Source: a virus (Duplodnaviria > Caudoviricetes). From it: a stretch of DNA of 31,932 nucleotides. This document shows, piece by piece, positions 27,092 to 31,932 of the stretch (positions are counted from its first letter, which is position 1; each line of letters starts with the position of its first letter). The position numbers and the translations under genes are program-made. Location: positions 1 through 31,932 of IMG/VR virus record IMGVR_UViG_3300031953_000074; one strand, written 5' to 3'. The notes under the pieces were generated by a model. That model saw only the letters and a list, made by a program, of their open reading frames with translations, did not search any database and was not told the origin of the DNA.

Positions 27092-27280
27092 ATGGAACGA
27101 AATGACACCCGCCTGGATATATTAATGGCCGAAAAAGGCATTAGGACCGATAAAGAACTGGCAGCGGCTTTAGGGTTTAGTCAGCAGCAATTATCTTTCA
27201 GGTTAAAGAAGATCTCTATAGCTACTTTAGAAACCTTTGCGGGGTTTTTTGAGACGAGTGTTAAGGACTTACTAAAGTGA
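27092..27280 (+). CDS. Small XRE/Cro-type HTH regulator
   Basis: LMAEKGI..KELAAALGFSQQQLS...TLETFAGFF...DLL; the only credible + strand gene in the late region. Confidence 0.88.
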   Translation: MERNDTRLDILMAEKGIRTDKELAAALGFSQQQLSFRLKKISIATLETFAGFFETSVKDLLK

Positions 27281-27288
27281 GACGCCCT

Positions 27289-27633
27289 TTAGGGCGTCTT
27301 TACAAGATAGTCGTATAACTGAGCGGCGCTTGACATTTTGACTTCTTTGCCGTGCTGGGTTACTTTAAGCCTCCAGTTTTCTTTTCCAAAATCGAGTTCC
27401 CAAAGGAAATATTCTATCCAGCTATGCCCTTTTTTATCTTCCAAATCATTCATCTCTACTTGTAAAATATGTATTAAAGCATTTTGTAAGTAGTGATTTT
27501 TAGGTAATAAATTTCCTTCAAAAACATCTGGAAAGGCTTTTCCCAAATGATCTGCAACCTCAATATCCAATTCCATTTGTTTTTGGATCGCATCAATTGC
27601 TTCTATAAATAGTTCTTTGGTCATAATTATCAA
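27289..27633 (-). CDS. Hypothetical phage protein
   Basis: WIEYFLWELDFGK...QLYDYL motif. Confidence 0.8.
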   Translation of the reverse strand: MIIMTKELFIEAIDAIQKQMELDIEVADHLGKAFPDVFEGNLLPKNHYLQNALIHILQVEMNDLEDKKGHSWIEYFLWELDFGKENWRLKVTQHGKEVKMSSAAQLYDYLVKTP

Positions 27634-27824
27634 TTACCAATTCTTTTTAACATTCCCTTTAGGATCAGTACCGATATCGCGATTTCAATAAGCATCAGTA
27701 ACATCACCAGGGCTTTTCGGGTCCAGTTTTGGTCTATCCAACTCCAGTCAAGGAGCCAGCTGGTGAGTAGTGGAAGCAAAAATGCCAGGAGCAGGATGCC
27801 GGATATTTGTATGGTTTCTTTCAT
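27630..27824 (-). CDS. Small two-TM membrane protein
   Basis: Two hydrophobic helices; coupled to neighbours. Confidence 0.75.
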   Translation of the reverse strand: MKETIQISGILLLAFLLPLLTSWLLDWSWIDQNWTRKALVMLLMLIEIAISVLILKGMLKRIGN

Positions 27825-27826
27825 TT

Positions 27827-28057
27827 TTATTTTTTGTTTTTGTGGTAGTGTGCTACCTGGTTGCGGAAACTGTCGTAACTCTCGTACCGGTATTCTCCAA
27901 ATAATTCGAAATGTTTGTCGTTTACATTGTTAAAACATTCAATTTGGGTGCGTTGCCGGGGCAGCATTTCAAAATAATGCTGGAAGAATCCCTGGCGGGT
28001 TCCAAGGGTTTTCAATAGTTTTATTTCCTGGTGTAATTCCTGAAGTTGGGAGTTCAT
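27827..28057 (-). CDS. Hypothetical phage protein
   Basis: 76 aa; FGEYRYESYDSFR. Confidence 0.8.
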   Translation of the reverse strand: MNSQLQELHQEIKLLKTLGTRQGFFQHYFEMLPRQRTQIECFNNVNDKHFELFGEYRYESYDSFRNQVAHYHKNKK

Positions 28058-28111
28058 AATTGGGTTGGGTTAGAGAGACGCCCAAATTGGGCGTCTGTGC
28101 TATTTTATATT

Positions 28112-28555
28112 TTATATTGTTGAAGGCTGATTCATCCAGTTTTCAAATTGAGTCATAAATACGGTTTTGGTCATTTGGGCCATCGCATCTGCTACGTTTT
28201 TAAAGCCTTTTTCATTGGCAAATCCCATCATTGAGGCGTGTCTGTCTCTTTCGGTTTGGAGGCGGCGCTTTTCTTTTTTTTCCCTTTCGGAATCTGAAGC
28301 TGCATATGATCCAGATGAGACGCCCAAGTTGGGCGTCTGTACCGGGCCTTCGGGCAGGCCGAATAATTGCGGGGTTTGTTCAGATTTTGCGAGTTTGTAG
28401 GCAGCAAGCTGCAGTTTTCCGTTGTTGATGATGGAGTTTGAAAGTTGTACGATGGCATATACACGTTTATCTTCAAATTTTGTTTTTTTAATCACTCCGT
28501 CCAGGGTTTCAAAAAGGAGTTTGTTCAATTTGTTTAAATCGTTTGAATCGTTCAT
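28112..28555 (-). CDS. Hypothetical phage protein containing an in-frame REP-like element
   Basis: Coupled to the HNH-like gene; VQTPNLGVS is encoded by the palindrome at 28317-28342. Confidence 0.8.
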   Translation of the reverse strand: MNDSNDLNKLNKLLFETLDGVIKKTKFEDKRVYAIVQLSNSIINNGKLQLAAYKLAKSEQTPQLFGLPEGPVQTPNLGVSSGSYAASDSEREKKEKRRLQTERDRHASMMGFANEKGFKNVADAMAQMTKTVFMTQFENWMNQPSTI

Positions 28556-29262
28556 AATAATTTTTGTATTTTATTGGTTAATTTAATTGCTGTTTTTAAT
28601 TCTTTAGGAAGGCAATGAAATGCTTCCGCGTTTATTTGTGCATTTTCTGCCCTGGTGATGAGCTCCAGATCTTCAAGAGAATCGGGAATGACTTTATCGT
28701 TTAAAATTTTCACCACCATCCCGGGCGCTATTCTTCCTTTTTCTTTGATCCAAAACCATCTGGCATAGGGCGTGAATCCTTTTTTAATTTTAATGAAGGC
28801 GCGTTGCCCGCCGTTGCTATGCCATACCTTTATGCTACCTATTGGAGTGGTCCTGCCTTTCCATCGTTTTACGGCACATTCGGCAAAATAACCGTTATCT
28901 ACATTTCGCTGGTGAATGTTTTTTATTTGGGTTGGCGTGCGTTTTAAGAACAGGTAACGGCGTTTTTTATTGATATGTTTTTTGCTCCAACCTTTGTTTT
29001 TGTGCCATTTTCCGGTGAATATTATTGCCAGTTCTGTATCTCCAATGGTTTTGTAATTTGCTTTCAGAAATTGGGTTTGCTCTTTTGTCCAGTATTCCGG
29101 AAGCATTCGTTTTAATCCGAAGTCATAACAGCGGCGGCGGGTGATGGTGAGTTTTAAATTTAGCGCATCTGCCAACTGCTGATTTGTAAGGGAGAAGAAA
29201 TTTTGTTTCAGAAAATAATCTTCTTCCGGGGTCCAGTGGTGTTTGTTGTCTCCCTGTGGCAT
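28552..29262 (-). CDS. Protein with WT.E..FL HTH-like repeats and a degenerate HNH-like C-terminus
   Basis: WTPEEDYFLK and WTKEQTQFLK repeats; G.I.PGMVV...EDLELITRAEN. Confidence 0.7.
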   Translation of the reverse strand: MPQGDNKHHWTPEEDYFLKQNFFSLTNQQLADALNLKLTITRRRCYDFGLKRMLPEYWTKEQTQFLKANYKTIGDTELAIIFTGKWHKNKGWSKKHINKKRRYLFLKRTPTQIKNIHQRNVDNGYFAECAVKRWKGRTTPIGSIKVWHSNGGQRAFIKIKKGFTPYARWFWIKEKGRIAPGMVVKILNDKVIPDSLEDLELITRAENAQINAEAFHCLPKELKTAIKLTNKIQKLL

Positions 29263-29576
29263 TATCGGTTGTTTTTCAGGTGAATTATATCGGTATAAAT
29301 CGGGATTTTTACCCAGGATGCCAGGATTCTTTCTATACGTGCGCCCTTACTGGCAGATGCGCAGGGCAGCAAAAGCACGCCATCTACTCCCATAAGGGCT
29401 TTGATACAAATTTTCATTGCGATGTGCCATTTTTCATCGGGGTTTTTTACCAGTTTCAAGGGGTTGATCCCGAAGAACCCGGCATCCAATAATTGTTTTT
29501 CGGCTTTAAAGAATTTTTGAAAGCGTTCTTCGTGTGGTATGCCGGTTACTTTTCCGGCGATGTATATTTTTTTCAT
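29262..29576 (-). CDS. DUF4406-family protein (nucleoside 2-deoxyribosyltransferase-like fold)
   Basis: KIYIAGKVTG...INP...SKGARIE. Confidence 0.85.
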   Translation of the reverse strand: MKKIYIAGKVTGIPHEERFQKFFKAEKQLLDAGFFGINPLKLVKNPDEKWHIAMKICIKALMGVDGVLLLPCASASKGARIERILASWVKIPIYTDIIHLKNNR

Positions 29577-29616
29577 TGGTGGTTGGTTTGAGACGCCCTA
29601 ATAGGGCTTCTGTGCA

Positions 29617-31389
29617 TTAAATATAAATTTCCTCGTTATCATTGTTGTATTTTGATTCGTTGGTATCTTCCTGGGTCATTGTACCCGCTAATCCCATTAT
29701 GGTTCCTATGATTGGATCTATCCTTTTGGTAGCTATTTTTTTTGAATACCGGATATCTTCATTAGGGTTCATTTCTGCCACGCAGCCGGATAGGGACCAC
29801 TTTAAAATGGGGTGCCCACCGGTGCGAAGCTTTCCTAAAAAAGCAAGGCGTTCAAACTCTTTTGTAGGAGCAGAATAATACAGGATTGTTTGCGCAAAAG
29901 GGAACATTTTAAACCCATCTGTAGTCAGGTTTTGAACCAGTTGGGTGGCATTGTGCCTGTCATAATTAATCCATTTTATATCAAGTACTTCATAAAAAGC
30001 TTTGACATATTTTTCTAAAGTATCATAATCTATCTGGTCTCCAGGAGTGGCAATAAGGGCGGTGACTTTTTTAAAGAAGGGGTCATTTTCCAGATCGGTG
30101 CCGGTGAAGTCGATGTAATTAGAAAGCAGCATATCTTTCCAAAATTTGTATGGTACTTTATCTTCCTTGCTGCGTTTTATGATATTATCCAGCGGGCAAA
30201 ATATCAATGGCAACACATCGCGAAATCCGTTTTCGTCTGGTTCGCTCACTGCCACCGCCGCGGTTAAATCTATATTAGTGGAAAGGTCCAAACCTATCAC
30301 AGCGCCGCCACGAAGGAAGTTTTTAAGCTGTATTTTTCCGTTGTTTTTGTTCCAAACAGCTTCCGGAATTCTAATTTCAGGAGCATCTACCCACATATTG
30401 AGGTGCTTTGTCTTGAAATTGGAAGCTTTACTGGGTTGGTTAACAGCCTTTAAATATTCGTCGCGAATCCTATCTATAGAAAGTCCCTGTCCCAATAACG
30501 GATTTGCCTTTATCCAGGTAGATTCATCCTCCCAATCATCATCTTCATCCAGATCGTGGATCATAATCATAAGGGAATCATCTTCTTTTATTTCATCCAG
30601 GATCTCTTTGCAGACATCTTCGTAATTTTTACACACTCCATGGATAAAAACCCCTGCGGTCGTGATATGCCAGGTAATGGGTTGGCTCCGGTTTACTGAA
30701 GAAGATTCCAGGTTTTCTTTTACGCTATCATCCTTATGCGCGTGGTATTCATCGATTATAGCAATATGCGAATTAATTCCATCCTGTGTTTTTGAATCAC
30801 CTCCAAGCGGCATAAGTACTGATCCTGTTTTATCACACCAAATTTCCTTTTGCTTGCAGCGGAATTTCAATACATTGCGCATCAAAGGATTTGCATGGTG
30901 ACTGTCGATAAAACTCTTGGCTTGTTTCCAACAAATCTTTGCCTGCTCTTCTTTTGTGGCCCCTACATAAACTTCGGCCTCAGATTCATTGTCAAAACTC
31001 ATTGCCAGGCAAGCCACCCCAGCCATTTCAGCGGACTTTCCGTTTTTCTTCGCACGTTTATCGTACACGGTTTTGATTCGTCGAAGGTTATTAGATTTCT
31101 TTTTCCACCCAAAGACATTGTACATTGTGAATTGCTGAAAAGGAGCCAGCATAAAAGGTTGCCCAGCCATAGATCCTTTGGTGTGGTTTAACAATGTAGG
31201 GAAGAAGTTTATGGATTGAGATCCTGTTTCGTGGTCCAGATAGAATCCTTTTTCATCGGCTTCATCGATCCATTTAAAGAAACGCTCACAAGCCTGCTGA
31301 ATTCGGCGGCCCGTGATTATTTTCCCTTCCAGTACATCGTTGGCGTATCGGAAAGGGATTGAGTTTTGCATTTCTTTAGTGATTTTCAT
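29617..31389 (-). CDS. terL: Terminase large subunit
   Basis: Walker A KKNGKS, Walker B IIDEYH, ITTAG, GLDLS, RIDP. Confidence 0.96.
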   Translation of the reverse strand: MKITKEMQNSIPFRYANDVLEGKIITGRRIQQACERFFKWIDEADEKGFYLDHETGSQSINFFPTLLNHTKGSMAGQPFMLAPFQQFTMYNVFGWKKKSNNLRRIKTVYDKRAKKNGKSAEMAGVACLAMSFDNESEAEVYVGATKEEQAKICWKQAKSFIDSHHANPLMRNVLKFRCKQKEIWCDKTGSVLMPLGGDSKTQDGINSHIAIIDEYHAHKDDSVKENLESSSVNRSQPITWHITTAGVFIHGVCKNYEDVCKEILDEIKEDDSLMIMIHDLDEDDDWEDESTWIKANPLLGQGLSIDRIRDEYLKAVNQPSKASNFKTKHLNMWVDAPEIRIPEAVWNKNNGKIQLKNFLRGGAVIGLDLSTNIDLTAAVAVSEPDENGFRDVLPLIFCPLDNIIKRSKEDKVPYKFWKDMLLSNYIDFTGTDLENDPFFKKVTALIATPGDQIDYDTLEKYVKAFYEVLDIKWINYDRHNATQLVQNLTTDGFKMFPFAQTILYYSAPTKEFERLAFLGKLRTGGHPILKWSLSGCVAEMNPNEDIRYSKKIATKRIDPIIGTIMGLAGTMTQEDTNESKYNNDNEEIYI

Positions 31390-31390
31390 T

Positions 31391-31867
31391 TTATGAAGAT
31401 TGCTTTAAAGCTTGTTGAAGTTGTTCGAAAGCGTCGAGTTGGTTGTCGGGTTGTTTTTCTTCTTTCAGTTTTTTGCGATCCAGGAAGGAGAATCCAAAGT
31501 GTTTTGACAGTTCGTCAATTTCCTTCAACATTTTTTCACGAATGGTAATGTGCGCACTTACGTTAGTGGTTCCGTTTTTAAAGGTTTGGATAAGTCCGCC
31601 TTCATAACCAAATTTTTGAATTTTATTTTCTGCCTGGATATAATAATCTACAGACCGGGCAAGGCGGTGCAGATGAATAAGATCTGGACGCATTAATTTT
31701 TTAGTTGCTACCAACTGATCCCCAAAATAAGAATACCAGTAGTTTTGATCTTTAGTCAGATTAAAACGGGAGCTAGACACTGGCAACTTCGAAAGAGGCG
31801 TGTAGAGATCTGTAGCATTTGTTTTGCCTTCCCCTTTCATTACAATCATTTTACCTTTGTTTTCCAT
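31391..31867 (-). CDS. terS: Terminase small subunit (P27 family)
   Basis: Directly upstream of terL; LSKHFGFS..DR motif. Confidence 0.85.
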   Translation of the reverse strand: MENKGKMIVMKGEGKTNATDLYTPLSKLPVSSSRFNLTKDQNYWYSYFGDQLVATKKLMRPDLIHLHRLARSVDYYIQAENKIQKFGYEGGLIQTFKNGTTNVSAHITIREKMLKEIDELSKHFGFSFLDRKKLKEEKQPDNQLDAFEQLQQALKQSS

Positions 31868-31932
31868 ATCAATAATTTTTAATATTTACTTACCCCCCCT
31901 GCCTAAAAATCATCACCGAGTAAAATTCAACT

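Larger units (their letters stand above)
12352..29615 (-). repeat. Dispersed family of 14 REP-like palindromes (24-26 bp)
   Basis: - strand consensus GTA(G/C/A)-AGACGC(C/A)C-loop-G(G/T)GCGTCTC. Copies start (+ coordinates) at 12352, 15365, 15395, 17708, 17979, 18878, 18907, 19315, 20177, 20780, 27279, 28075, 28317 and 29590. Confidence 0.85.

Noticed and set aside
12352-29615. CRISPR array from the 24-26 bp palindromes or sites C/D
   Set aside because: Copies are dispersed at gene junctions without regular spacers, and no cas genes are present.
7050-31548. Numerous + strand ORFs (e.g. 13234..13965, 17042..17635, 20747..20974, 26925..27125, 30146..30625)
   Set aside because: They are antisense shadows of well-supported - strand genes or cross regulatory DNA, and show no recognisable motifs.
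31868-31932. Exact cos site
   Set aside because: The position upstream of terS and a C7 run are suggestive, but the window ends here and no cut site can be assigned.

Overview
Most of a temperate HK97-like siphovirus genome from a Bacteroidota, probably Flavobacteriaceae, host. Host evidence is TAnnTTTG promoter boxes, no Shine-Dalgarno sites and the tRNA-Ala fragment. Almost all genes are on the - strand. Read right to left: terS, terL, a ~5.4 kb accessory block, portal, protease, capsid, head-tail and tail genes (with a -1 frameshifted chaperone pair), tape measure, tail tip and fibre, secreted/membrane proteins, and lysis genes. Next come an intact-looking attP (3' half of tRNA-Ala(GGC)), a tyrosine integrase, lysogeny genes, the immunity switch and early genes. 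Main finding: the terL-portal block holds an integron-like cassette array (~24.7-26.4 kb) with AAC...GTT stem-loop sites and reverse-complementary cassette ends. It lies downstream of a divergent promoter/operator next to a small HTH gene, and no integron integrase is recognisable. Second, 14 co-oriented REP-like palindromes punctuate the late region, three of them translated inside reading frames. All calls come from reading the sequence by eye; no searches were run.
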